Assembly (NCBI GenBank): GCA_951406725.2
Contig: OX597818.1
Location: forward strand, 31,868,001-31,932,000
Source of the DNA: Octopus vulgaris
Lineage: Eukaryota
Direction: 5' to 3'
DNA: 64,000 bases
Shown here: one piece after another, positions 39,139-52,089 of the stretch
Numbering within the stretch: the first letter of the stretch is position 1
How the letters are laid out: each line of letters starts with the position of its first letter
Notes under the pieces: model-generated
Databases searched by the model: none
Told to the model about the DNA's origin: nothing
Seen by the model: the letters and a program-made list of their open reading frames with translations, nothing else
Made by a program: the position numbers and the translations under genes

Positions 39139-39830
39139 TGAAATATGTTAAAAATAATCAGAAATATTTAAACAATATTTTTAAGATATAAATAATATAA
39201 TAGTTTTACTTATAATAAACTCTATTATCAAACTAGAAACTTAAAACTTAACAATTATGATTATATCAAAATCAATTATAATGTTAAATATTAATTTTAA
39301 TTTATAAGGTAGGAAACCCACCAATAATTTAATATCTAATTACATAAATATTTAAAAATATATATATATCTAATTGAGATTAGTTGAAGCACTAAGTCAG
39401 TCCAGTATTAACCGCACAGATCGAAGTAAGGGAAATAAAATCAAAATAAGCAACAGGATATCAAGTAGTGATGCAGTACGACCGTTTCAAGCGGATCCAT
39501 TTAATTGAATATTGCAATCATCACATTAATTTAAATGCAGTGCCATCTTCTTCTGCACAAAAATATAAATAGTATTTTTTAATCAGTCGGACATATAATA
39601 TAATTTTTCTCAAATATTTTAACTGAGCAAGAAGATGGAAGAAATTCCTGTTGTCGCTATTGTAGCTAAGGATAGACTACGCCTCCAAGAATCGCATGAA
39701 GCCTATTGGGGTCATAGTGTTGTACAGTATTGTAATTCATTTCTAATACATCTATCTCTTTATCAACTACAAAATCTAAGACTAGAATACTGTGTCCGTT
39801 TTGAATAAATCTAGTCTTTGATTTGTCAAG

Positions 39831-40015
39831 CGGTTGTCAAGCGATGGTAGGGGACAACCACAGACTCACAAACATATATATATATATACGACAGGCTTCT
39901 TTCAGTTTCCATCTACCAAATCTACTCACAAGGCTTTGGTCGAAGCTATAGTAGAAGACAGCTGCCCGGAACCATGTTGTTGGTAAGCAAGTTACTTACC
40001 ACACAGCCACTCCTG
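39831..40015 (-). mobile_element. SINE family A fragment
   Basis: Colinear with deletions. Confidence 0.7.
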
Positions 40016-40193
40016 AGCCAATATGTGTGTGTGTGTATATATATATATATTTATATATATATATATCTATCTATATATATATATATACATATATATGTAT
40101 ATATATATATATATATACATATATATGTATATATATATACATATATATATATACATATATATATACGTATATATATATACGTATACACACACA

Positions 40194-40250
<57 letters not shown>

Positions 40251-40352
40251 TTGAGGATTTCTCCAAGGCGTTAACCCATCATTCTTGTGTTTGACTGTTG
40301 TTTACTTTCGTACGTCCACCCTGTATTATTTTGTTAGCTCGAGCCCAAATAC

Positions 40353-40412
40353 ACCAAATACATGAAACTAAGTATTAGTATTTTTCGGTCGATAACTGAT
40401 GATGTATTTGGT
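40353..40412 (+). ncRNA. Type II-like hammerhead ribozyme candidate
   Basis: ACCAAAUACAU-GAAA-CUAA-GUA-UUAG-UA^-UUUUUCGGUCGAUAA-CUGAUGA-UGUAUUUGGU: open stem II of about 10 bp, stem III 5 bp, GUA triplet, weak stem I. Confidence 0.5.
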
Positions 40413-40504
40413 TTCTTGCATCTGTAGTATTTGTAGTATTTAATGCATTTTTCATTTATGAAATAACTGAACATCATTGTTATATATATATATATATATG
40501 TATT

Positions 40505-40820
40505 TACAAATCAATATTATAATTTAAGAAAAAACATTGAATTCAGGTTAACGAACTTTATAAATCCACGCTTCTACACTAAAATGATTCTATGGCTTTT
40601 ATAGATTTTAGATAATTTTTAGTCGATTTTTATATGTTTTCTTGGCAGGTACTGTCTATTTAATTTTTTTTTTTCAAATATGAGCTTTACTTGGTGTTTG
40701 ATTTTTTCACATTTGAAAGCCATGGTATCATTCATATGTAATGAAATGTAGAAGCATGGATATATAAAGTTCGTTAACCTGAATTCAAATGTTTGCTCTC
40801 ATATTATGTTATTGATTTGT
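40505..40820. repeat. Inverted repeat (arms about 75-95 bp) between (TA)n tracts
   Basis: TTGAATTCAGGTTAACGAACTTTATAAATCCACGCTTCTACA vs TGTAGAAGCATGGATATATAAAGTTCGTTAACCTGAATTCAA. Confidence 0.75.
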
Positions 40821-41752
40821 GTCTCTGTCTCAATATCATTTGAGCACTTCTCTCCAGCAGTTGTATATATATTCGTCTTTTTCAATCGAAAGAAACGTAT
40901 TTTATAATTTACTTCTTGTTATATATATATATATATATATATAAAAGTATGTATATGCATAGCCTACCAATGGGGGCCCCGACAAAATGATGTAGAGGTC
41001 CAGGATTTTACCCTAGTTACTGAACTTATACACTGTAGCTTGGGTGGTATGGAACGTGAGACAACACCGTTGCAACACTAACTCCCATACCACATAACTT
41101 TGCCGGAAGCATATATATACATTCCTGGCACATATACGCGACTGTATATCCTTGCATGTATATACATGTATACATGATTATACGCTTGTATGCAATGTAT
41201 TCGTGTGGATGTACGTAGGCTTATTGTGCCAGGATGTGTACGCTTGTGCTTGCGGGAGTATGCATGTATTTTCTCAGTATTTTTCCTTTTTTTTTTTCGT
41301 TCTTTAACAAATAGAGGTACAAACGTAAAACCATTACTCCTTAATGCTTACATAAGTCGTTCGTTCGAACAGTTAGTAACCTATTCTTATGTACACATTT
41401 CAATATTTGCTTGCCTCTCTATCTGACAATGTATAATATACAAATATACGTGTATAGGTGTGCGCGCGTATAGATATAAACATTTATACATACGTACCTA
41501 CATAAATATCTACGTATACGTGTATGTGTGTCTATGTATGCATGTGTACTTTTACTGAATGAAATCCGGTATTTACTCGCTTGTAATGACACAATAACTA
41601 GTCTGCCGTGAATTCAAAAGACTACATGGTTCCTAGCGTTTACTTAAGAGCTATCAACATGAGGTGGCTGTTTGAGTCCATTTTTTTCATTCCTAGCGTA
41701 TTAATGGACTTAAAGCAGGTGCCTGCTTGACAAATACACAAACACACACACG

Positions 41753-41815
<63 letters not shown>

Positions 41816-41904
41816 ACACGCATACACAAAATACAAACGCATATACGCGTACTTATGCAAATAGATATACATACACGCATAACTATGCAAATATGTATAT
41901 ATAC

Positions 41905-41957
<53 letters not shown>

Positions 41958-42117
41958 TGTTGACAGGTGCTTTTGTGCATATATCTACATATATATTGTA
42001 GATATATACATGTTCACATATACATACATGTATATATATATATATGTATATGCATGTGTGTGTGTACATACATACATTTATACGTTCAAACATGCATACA
42101 TATTCAGAGTCACACAG

Positions 42118-42169
<52 letters not shown>

Positions 42170-42401
42170 ACACATACAAACATATAAATACGAAAGGCAC
42201 ATACACCGGCGCACACAACACATATTGCTGTGTGTTTGTTCGTAAGTAAAAGGCAAACACACACGAAATAAAGCACTCATTATGCTCAGTAACTGAATTG
42301 TTGTGAATCCAATATGTGCTGTTTCGATTCTAGATGAATCTATTAGCCAGCTGGATCAGCTAGAATATTTGATATTATATTCAGTTCGAATCGAATTAAT
42401 A

Positions 42402-42785
42402 TTCTTTTCTGCTCTAGGTACATGGCGCAAAATTTTTGGGGACGAGGCTAGTCGATTAAATCGACAACAAAATGCAACTAGTACTTAATTTATGAAAGGC
42501 AAAGTCAACCTCGGCGGAATTTGAACTCAGAACGTAAAGACAGACCGCTAATCATTTCGCCCGGCGTGCTAACGTTTCTGCCAGCTCGCCGCCATGAAGT
42601 ATTCTTTTCTACTGTAGGCACAAGGCCCGAAATTTTGGGGGAGGGGACCAGTCGATTATATCGACCCCAGTGCGTAACAGGTACTTATTTAATCGACCCC
42701 GAAAGGCTGAAAGGCAAAGTCGACCTCGGCGGAATTTGAACTCAGAACATAGCGGCAGACAAAATACCTATTTCTTTACTACCCA
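42402..42785 (-). mobile_element. Two adjacent SINE family B copies, one retaining the multimer junction
   Basis: Minus strand GTAGTAAAGAAATAG|GTATTTTGTCTGCCGC junction, then a second copy with a full head. Confidence 0.8.
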
Positions 42786-42879
42786 TTTGTATTTGATTTC
42801 GACTACAATTCTTGGTAGTTTATGTCTTGTTGATATAAAACAGCAGAGCTTAAGGCGATACCAGCACTTTGCTTTGGTG

Positions 42880-43169
42880 CAGTGCTACTGAAAGTGATGA
42901 GCTGCAGACCGGTGCCGGTCCGGGAGCCATCAGCTTCCAGTATGCCACAAGTTTCCAGAAGAGCAAGAAACATTATAAAATGCTTATGTAATATTGCTTT
43001 ATTTGTTTACAAAATAAATATAAAATAAAAAAAATTGTCAACTTTTATTATATTCATTATATATATTGCTTCCGGTATAAATTAATATTACGAAGAAATA
43101 TTACCGGTCCCTGACACATTGGGGAAAAAAACTGCTAGTACGCCATATCAGACAGTTTGAGAAGCACTT
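42880..43169. mobile_element. hAT (Charlie-like) MITE
   Basis: CAGTGCTACTGAAAGTG ... CAGTTTGAGAAGCACT termini; internal ACCGGT(G/C)CC motifs; TSD degraded (CTTTGGTG / CTTTACGG). Confidence 0.55.
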
Positions 43170-43548
43170 CTTTACGGGACTTGAAGAATGAAAAAGCGGA
43201 GGAAATCCTTGTGGAATCTAAACCCATAATGTAGGAGATTTGGAATATTTAGCACAAAGCATTTTATCTGATATTTTAAAGAAGTTACGTTGACCTCGAT
43301 GAGATTTGAACTCAGAACGTAAAGAACCAGAAAAATACCACACGACATTTATTTTCCTGTGCTCTAACGTTTCCACCAATTCACCGTCTTACACATGCTG
43401 TTTAATAATCCCTTCTACTTTAGGCACAAGGCCTGAAATTTTGCGCGAGGAGCTTGTTGATTACATTGACCACAATTCTCAACTGGTGCTTATTTTATTC
43501 ATCTCGCATTTTGTCTGGCGAGCTATCAGCTTGCCGCCTGAGTTGCAA

Positions 43549-44150
43549 TCTCTCTCTATATAAAGCTGAAATGCTTAGCAGTATTTCTCTGCCGCTACGT
43601 TCTGAGTTCAAATTCCGCTGAGGTCGACTTTGCCTTTCATCCTTTCGGGGTCGATTAAATAAGTACCAGTTACGCACTGGGGTCGATATAATCGACTTTA
43701 TCCGTTTGTCTGTCCTTATTTGTCCTCTCTGTATTTAGCCCCTTGTAGGTAGTAAAGAAATCTATATATATAAAGCTGAAGTTGTCAGTGTATGGCAGGT
43801 TACGTAGCCTTCAACTAACACTATCTCCTCCAAGACCCTGCGGCGCAAGCTGAACAAAATTGAGAGTATGATAGAAGAAGGCTTGCTCTTCCTTCCGTAG
43901 AAGAAAAAATTCAAATCGGACCACGTTAACAGCAAAAATTATTTACATTAAAAAGGTGCTTTTTTTCTATGAAAATCCCTATTTTTTACAATTTTTTGAC
44001 TGCTGTGTCGCCATTTGTCGGTGTATTTCAACCAGCAAAATGTTCTCTTAAAGAGAATAAGAAGCTACATAACGCAAAATTTTTACTTTTCAAAAATTCC
44101 AATTCTAAAGGGTCGAAACAAACCCGAGCAACGCCGGGCGATACTACTAG
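43549..44150 (+). mobile_element. Non-autonomous Helitron with a SINE B inserted near its 5' end
   Basis: A|TC start, 3' hairpin CCCGAGCAACGCCGGG then CTAG|T; SINE 43571-43766 flanked by TATATAAAGCTGAA (43557-43570 / 43767-43780). Confidence 0.85.
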
Positions 44151-45246
44151 TTTAATGATATAAATGATTATATTAATTTCAAATTATTTTCTGACATCAA
44201 GAGTTCTACACCACCAATACTAGAGAGAGTATATGAAGTGTGTGAAATGTCAATCTCTCCAAATAAGATGAAAAATCAGTGGTGATGATGACAGCTGTGA
44301 CGAAGATAGAAATAATCAAATTAGTCAATAATTCCCTTCTGATTCACAGATATTGATATGACTTTTCTGATTTAAGACCATTATTTAATATATAAAAAAC
44401 TTAAGATTTCCTCCGAATAGGTTACTGGTCATTCAGCGACAATTGTGGCGTTTCTTGTCAGAGAAACTGAATTTAGCATGTCAACGAAATACTGAAACAA
44501 CATTAATAAGGAAATCAATAATTTAATGATACTACTTATCTCCTAGTGTTTCGAATTACAAACAATGTTGCAATAAACACTAAATATATCATATTGTAAT
44601 TTAATAAACTTTGTTCCCCAGGAAGGTGTTATATTTATGGAGCGAAAGTGAAGCTGTATTACTATAAATTTATACAGGCGTGAAAAGAACAATTTACAGA
44701 AATAGACAATTTTGCCTTTCGTTGAGAGAAACACCTTATTGTGAGCAATGCGTGTAATTCCGGATGATGTTCTTCACTAATCTTAAGCGGTGAATGGGAA
44801 AAATTTCCAGTGTTTGAAATACAATACCTTAAGAAATTTGCTTCTGCTCTCTGGACTCAGAGTTCAAATCCTACTTAACTCAACTTCGTCGCCCTTTTCT
44901 CCAAGCTGCTAAATAAAATACCGGTTGAATGTAGCCGAATTGTTACAGTACTAAATGTGACGCTTTGCGGTATCTGTCGTATCACTTTGCTTTTTTAGTT
45001 CAAATTTTAGCCAAAGATTCACACCCCACCAATGGCAATTCATCTCTCTCCAAACACCCGAGAGAAGACATCAAAATAGTGTACAATCGACGGCAGCAGT
45101 GACATTTCTTAATAATCGGACTGTCCTCTCATCATCTCAATACAGTGGTGCCATGGAGTACAGTGGTCTTGAAGATCATTGATAGGGAAGATCAAACTCC
45201 CGACTACTTGAACACATTAATCAATCTCAGGAGAATTTACAATTTA

Positions 45247-45306
45247 CAAATTCACCGCGCAAGCGCAGTATCAGTTGGTGGTTACTGCGCTTGCACGGTG
45301 AATTTG
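45247..45306. other. Isolated 60-nt hairpin (24-bp stem, 12-nt loop)
   Basis: CAAATTCACCGCGCAAGCGCAGTA / TACTGCGCTTGCACGGTGAATTTG; one C-A mismatch (G-U on the minus strand). Confidence 0.85.
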
Positions 45307-45624
45307 AAAAATTATAATGTATAACGATGAGACACATGTTATTTGTCTCTAAATTATATGTTAATGTTATGGCGCGGTCACCGATGAGAATTTCGCCTAG
45401 CAAATTATTTTATTTGCTAAATAAAATTCGAAATCTAGGTATAACCGGAAAAATATAAGGTAATTTTTTTATTTTTCATCTCCTTCCAAATTGCTCTTAA
45501 ATGTGGTTTTGGTCGTTTTGACTGCTTCTTCTAGCGTGTAAAGCTGCACATCGAAGGCAGCTTTTCTTGTGTTTAAATGTACACTATTATATATATATAT
45601 TCACGCACGCACGCACGCGCACAC

Positions 45625-45714
<90 letters not shown>

Positions 45715-46075
45715 CAGGGATCAAACGCATTCGTGTCTGTCTCCTGTCAGAGCTTGTTCCTGGAGCGTTCTCCACTTCACCTCGCTTAGCCTTCGCAGCC
45801 CTTCCTCTTTATTTTCACCGTCCTGGTGTGTTACCAGCTTTGACCCTCCACAAAATTCCAAATTTTATTTAATTTGTTTTGCGAGAGCAACTGTTTTGTC
45901 GAGGGCGTATCCTCTCGTGAATTGCTCGAAATACAGATTAGAAAAACAGCCGACAACTGATGAAGGGTCATTCTTTATACTGCTTGTCTTGTTTTTCATT
46001 AGTTTCTTTCGTTGTTCGCACGAGAAAGTTCGTATTCCCTGTTTTCGTATTTCATCTTTCATGTTGTTTACGTTT
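45715..46075 (+). repeat. Repeat with a nested hairpin followed by GAAA...CTGATGA (possibly PLE-derived)
   Basis: GAGCAA...CGAGGG-CGTAT-CCTCTCG...TTGCTC-GAAA-25 nt-CTGATGA; flanked by microsatellites. Confidence 0.4.
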
Positions 46076-46213
46076 ATGTATGTATGCTTGTATGTATGTA
46101 TATATGTATGTATTTATGTATATATTTATGTGTGCATGTATGCATGTATGTCTGTGTGTATATGTATATACACATAGATATCGTGTGTGCATATACATAC
46201 GTATATATATACA

Positions 46214-46259
<46 letters not shown>

Positions 46260-46519
46260 CATGTAGACGCATATATACATAAGGACAATAAGGGGAATAA
46301 GGGACGATAAACACATATGACGTGGTGCTGAAAACTTCCTAGCTCTAGGTAACAGAAAGTACAGGAGGATCAGTTTATTATGATTTTAGTCTACATATTC
46401 CCATTTCAGATTCACTCTCATATTGCAACGGTCCTTCAATATTTCTAAGCCCTCTAAAAGAACTCGGCTTTTTGCGATACTCTTAAAGCCAAATAGTTTT
46501 CACCAAACCTTCGTACATA

Positions 46520-46820
46520 AATATAAGAAGGGCCCCACAGAACTATAAGATGTCAGTGGTAAAATCCTTACTTAAATTCTCGTCCACAAACGAAACACCA
46601 GAGAAAGAAATCATGAGAATACGCTGACATATACTAAGAAACAATATTTCAGCAGACTAGTAGACCGTGCTATAAGTGGTTATAGATACAACTGTAATAC
46701 AACGAATACATTATAGAGTACATCCAATAAAAAGTCACAGATCATGCATAAATTCATTATAGTGATCAAATGCCTAGCAACTATCAAACAGCGGAATCCA
46801 TAAGCAAAATCCTTATGCAG
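46520..46820 (+). pseudogene. Probable Penelope-like RT thumb/linker relic
   Basis: APQNYKMSVVKSLL...SSTNETPEKEIMRIR*HILRNN...SRLVDRAI...YSDQMPSNYQ resembles the PLE C-terminal RT/linker; heavily frameshifted. Confidence 0.5.
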
Positions 46821-46834
46821 CTAAATAAAAATTA

Positions 46835-47638
46835 AATGTATCACGCCCTCCATGAATTAAAACTGAGTCTTCAATACAAAAGCACCAAAGCCAAAAAAAG
46901 CTCTTTACCAATAACACTACGCAAGCGTTTACAACTGAGGACTGGCTGATAAAGACCAATGTCGTCTACTAGAATTTGACTGTAAAACTGAAATTTGTAA
47001 AATATAATTCTTCAGCTGTTTGTTATATTGGGTATATCAAAAGCCATAATGAACTTAAACACGAATGTATCAAGCCCATCCATAAATTAAAAGCAGCAAC
47101 CCCAAAAGCACCAAACCCAATAAGCTCTTCACACTGGCGTCGAAAAACCGGAGACTCGCTGATAAAGACCAATTTCATCTACTAGAATTTGACTGTAAAA
47201 CCGAAAGCTGTAAAATTTTATTCTTCAGCTGTTTGTTATTGTTATGTCACACGTTCGAATGCCTTTTACTCAATTCTGCTCAACACTCTTCTAGTCTTCG
47301 CTCTCCGCTACTCAACCGTTCTCAGCTGTGCTCCTGACGTCTAGACTTCTCCCTCTATATCTACGTATTGGGCTAGCCTACTTCATCGTCTGGAGGCGTC
47401 CACACAACAATTATATTGGGTATATCAAAAGCCCCATGAACTTAAACACGAATGTATCACGCTCATCCATAAATTAAAATTGATTTTACATTGCAAAAGC
47501 ACCAAGACCAAAAAGCTCTTCATACTGGCGTCGTAAAACCGGAGGCTCGCTGATAATGACCAATGTCGTCTACTAGAATTTGACTGTGAAACGGAATGTT
47601 CTAATTTTCAGTTCTTCAGCTGTATGTTTTATTGGGTA
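46835..47638 (+). repeat. Three imperfect tandem units of about 200-230 bp
   Basis: GCTGATAA(A/T)GACCAAT...CTACTAGAATTTGACTGT...TTCTTCAGCTGT occurs three times. Confidence 0.85.
47240..47409 (-). mobile_element. 170-bp solo LTR
   Basis: TGTT...AACA termini; 5-bp TSD GTTAT/ATTAT; a sister repeat unit shows the empty site GTTTGTTATATTGGG; AGTAAA about 24 nt from the minus-strand 3' end. Confidence 0.7.
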
Positions 47639-47872
47639 CACACACACTCATAGGCACACACAGCACGCAATTCTAATATCCTGATATCATTAATGAAACT
47701 CACGCAAAAAATTGCCCCGATGCAAGTATCAAATCTTTGTAATGTGCAAAGTGCACAAAGTTTTAAAACGGTGTTTTGCAATGCGCTGAATAGCCTTACG
47801 CGCTACAATAAACAAATACATGTAGGACAACTAAATTATTTAAAAGTAAGTTCGTCTGAAGGCATTGGGGAC

Positions 47873-47916
<44 letters not shown>

Positions 47917-47926
47917 CATTGGGGAC

Positions 47927-47959
<33 letters not shown>

Positions 47960-48793
47960 ATACATATATGTACATATATATGTACATGCATACGTATGTA
48001 CCAGATCATTTATTTTACTAGACGTAGCATACCACCATCAGATATACACCCACACACATATATGTATAAATATGAGTACGCGTGTATGTGTAAGTACATA
48101 TATGTGTGTGAGTGTATGTATATAAATGCATCGAAACACACACGAACAGACACGCACACACATATATCCATGCATTCACATATATATATGAATGCAAACA
48201 TAAGCTTAGATTCATCGATAGGCATACATAATACGCACAAACGTACGTACATACATACATACATGCGTGCATGCGTGCATGCATACATACATACGTACAT
48301 GCGTAGATAGCCTTAGGTCAAATTTCCTTAAATGATTTTATCAGATAAGCAAACTTACGAATTTACTCCCAAGAGCCATTTGTAATTATGTGTTACGTAA
48401 ATATTTCTAAGCGTTTAATGTTGTTATTGTTGGTCTGTTATTTGTTTTTATAGAGTCTTTGCTGGCGTTTTAGTTGTTGTTGATATTGCTGTTCATTCAA
48501 CATTGATATTTTAGTGCTGTTGTTGTTGTTGTCGTCATTGCTGTATTTTTGAATAAAAAAAAAAATTAGAGGTAAAATTTAAACACGACTATAAAATTAC
48601 TCTTGTCGGCAGACGTAAAAATAAATTTTCATTTAAATGCAATGAATTAAAATGTCGACTATTTTGTGCGGGTTTGCCAGTTCTATGACTATTTGTATAC
48701 GACTATTTGCATGTATGTATGTATGTATGTATGTATGTATGTATGTATGTATGTATGTATGTATATCTATATGTATGTTTATGTATGTATATA

Positions 48794-48832
<39 letters not shown>

Positions 48833-49106
48833 ACGCGACCATACACACACATATATATATGTATGCCTGTGTGTGTTCGCGTATGATCGTGTTCCTGTGG
48901 GTATATTCGTTACTTGAGTAGTAGTGTCTATACTATGTAGTGTCTATTTACATGTATTTGTGTGTGTGTATGTATGTATGTATATTTATATATATATATA
49001 TATATATATATACGAATATACAGTTACATAAATATATAGATATAGATATAAATGTACATACATACATATATACATATACATATATATACATACATATGTA
49101 TATATG

Positions 49107-49145
<39 letters not shown>

Positions 49146-49146
49146 G

Positions 49147-49177
<31 letters not shown>

Positions 49178-49235
49178 GTACATATATATATGTATGTATA
49201 TAAATAGGTATGTACAGCCACACACACCCACACAC

Positions 49236-49272
<37 letters not shown>

Positions 49273-49860
49273 ATATATATTTATACACGTGTCAGTTTGC
49301 AATGTTTATTTCATGTCGCAAAATCAAAAAAGCAAGAAAATAATTAGGAAAATAAAATGAAATATAAATAAAAAAAACAACAAACGACAATAAAAAACGA
49401 AATCAGAAAAAAAAAATATATATATATCTTAAGGAAGCAAAAATGCTGGATAAGTGTCGAGGAAAATCAGATAAGTGAATGAATGAATAAAGAGATAAGT
49501 CAAATATTAGATAAATAAGAATATAAATCACATTCTCTCTTTCCGCAAAATTTAGTGACTAAATAGTTTCCTGATGATTGCTTTGAACAAATAACATGAT
49601 TTATTGGAAAGATTGCGAGTGCCTTGGCATGAGAGTGTGTGTATATGTCTGCGTGTGTGTGTGTGTGTGAGTGGAGAGAGGTAAAGAGAGAACGAGAGAG
49701 AACGAGAGAGGGGTTGAAGTGATGGGGGACATCTGATACGTAAATATTCTGTGTGTTTATAAGTATTGGATAATATCGCAGTCGAATTTCTCTGCGAGTC
49801 CCTCTGTTTGTCTCCGTATCTCCGTATTTAACATTCTCTCACTACCTCGCCTTCTGTACG

Positions 49861-49929
<69 letters not shown>

Positions 49930-49930
49930 G

Positions 49931-50001
<71 letters not shown>

Positions 50002-50035
50002 GTTTGTCTGTCTGTCTGTCTGTATGTATGTATGT
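49861..50035. repeat. (TATC)n tetranucleotide microsatellite, about 140 bp, followed by (TGTC)/(TATG)
   Basis: Direct reading. Confidence 0.95.
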
Positions 50036-51352
50036 ACAAATACAGACTCTCTTTCCCTCTCTCATACCAACACATTTTCAGTCTCATTTATTTCCTCTGC
50101 TTGGATTTGTAACGATTTATATATATATATATATATATACATGTGTGTGTGAGTGTGTATCTGTGTGTATAAAAAGATAAATTTATGAATGTATATACCA
50201 TACGCACACACATACACACACACACATAGATATAGTGAAGGAATAAAAGCAGGACATTATCTAACGTGTACATGCAGGGATGTATGTATGTATGGCTGGA
50301 TGGATATATGTGTGTGTGCATGTATGTGTGTGCATGTATATGTGTGTGCATGTATGTGTGTGTGTGTATGTATATATATATATCATGCATACATATTTAT
50401 GTATACAGATTGCATGTATACATGTCAATAGATAAATACGAGTTACGTCACAAATTTCAGTTGGCCGCGATTTTTGATGCAGTTTTTGTTATCAAGTGTT
50501 AATACTTATCATTAGATTGGAATGCTATTAAGATCATAAATGCCAACCGACATTCAAACGGCGAATTTCGTTTTTATTCTTATCGTCAAAGCTCTCAGAG
50601 AAAATAGACTGAACATGTGTGTTTTTGTTAACTCCCTTTATATTCTGCGTTCTAATCTTATCGGTGAGAGGTACAAAAGTTGATTCAGCAAACCATGCTT
50701 TTTTTTTTCCCTCATACAAATGTATCGCCTCATGTCAAAGTTATGAATTAACAATATATTTTGTTATCGCTTTAACCACCCTTTCATCCACTGCTCTTTT
50801 TATTTTGCTTCTGTTACTGGTTTCATTTACTGAAATGCAGTCATTCTGCAGCACCAATTTCCTCTTGGGTAGAATGACTCCCAAGACTCCAGTAATTATT
50901 CCATCGTTAATGCAAGAAACGAAATACTGCTTTGTGCGTGAAAATGGACATGGCTTTGTCAGGCAGGAATATCATATGGTACACTACTTTGGAATTACAG
51001 TTACTCAAACCACTGTTATATAAATAAATGCATACACACACGCACTCTCTCTCTCACATTCGCACACACACACACACATACAGTACGAAGGGCATTCGTA
51101 CAATTTCCACGTAGCAAACTTAAAATTTCGATTAGATAGTTTCGTTTGCCCTGAGGTTATGGTTAAGTAACACCTGCTCGAATTACCGCACAGTGAAATC
51201 TGGATTGATTCCTATGTCAAGAATGCGTCCTTACTTCAATACAGTAATCTCTTATATTACCAAAATTTATTCTGTTTGGTTTTATGAAGTATAATGCTGG
51301 GGGCTCATTAATACCAGAACCTATAGATTAAAGAGCATATAGCTGGAAGTTT

Positions 51353-51585
51353 TCTTATTTCTTTATTGCCCACAAGGGGCTGAACATAGAAAGGGACAAA
51401 CAAGGACAGACAAAGAGATTAAGTCGATTACATCGACCCAGGGAGTAACTGGTACTTAATTTATCGACCTCAAAAGGATGAAAGGCAAAGTTGACTTCGG
51501 CGGAATTTGAACTCAGGACGTAACGGCAGACGAAATACTGCTAAGCCTTTCGTCCGGCGTGCTAACGTTTCTGCCAGCTCGCCGT
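51353..51585 (-). mobile_element. SINE family B
   Basis: Full head CGGCGAGCTGGCAGAAACGTTAGCACGCCGG through to the tail. Confidence 0.85.
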
Positions 51586-51671
51586 TTTCTGTTGTATTAT
51601 TATTTGGGACCAGAGTTATAGCCTCTCAGTTACTCTAGACAACATGTATTTACTTGCTTGTTTCTTGTTTC

Positions 51672-52089
51672 CTTGTTTCAGTCACTTGACTGTGGCCATG
51701 CTGGGGCACCGCCTTTAGTCGAGCAAATCGACCCCAGGACTTATTCTTTATATGCTTAGTACCTATTCTATCGGTTTCTTTTGCCGAACCGCTAAGTTAC
51801 GGAGACGTAAGCACACCAGCATCGGTTGTCAAGCGATGTTGGTGGTGGTGGTGGTGGGGGGACAAACAGAGACACACAAACATATACGCATACATACATA
51901 TACATAAATATATATACATAGATACGACGCGCTTCTTTCAGTTTCCGTCTACCAAATCCACTCACAAGGCTTTGGTCGGCCCGAGGCTATAGTACAAGAC
52001 ACTTGCCCAAGGTGCCACGTAGTGGGACCGAACCTGGAACCATGTGGTTGGTAAGCAAGCTACTTACCACACAGCCTCTCCTACGCCTA
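51672..52089 (-). mobile_element. SINE family A
   Basis: Full-length colinear copy. Confidence 0.85.

Noticed and set aside
46835-47638. CRISPR-like repeat-spacer array
   Set aside because: Whole units are homologous with no unique spacers; eukaryotic context and no cas genes
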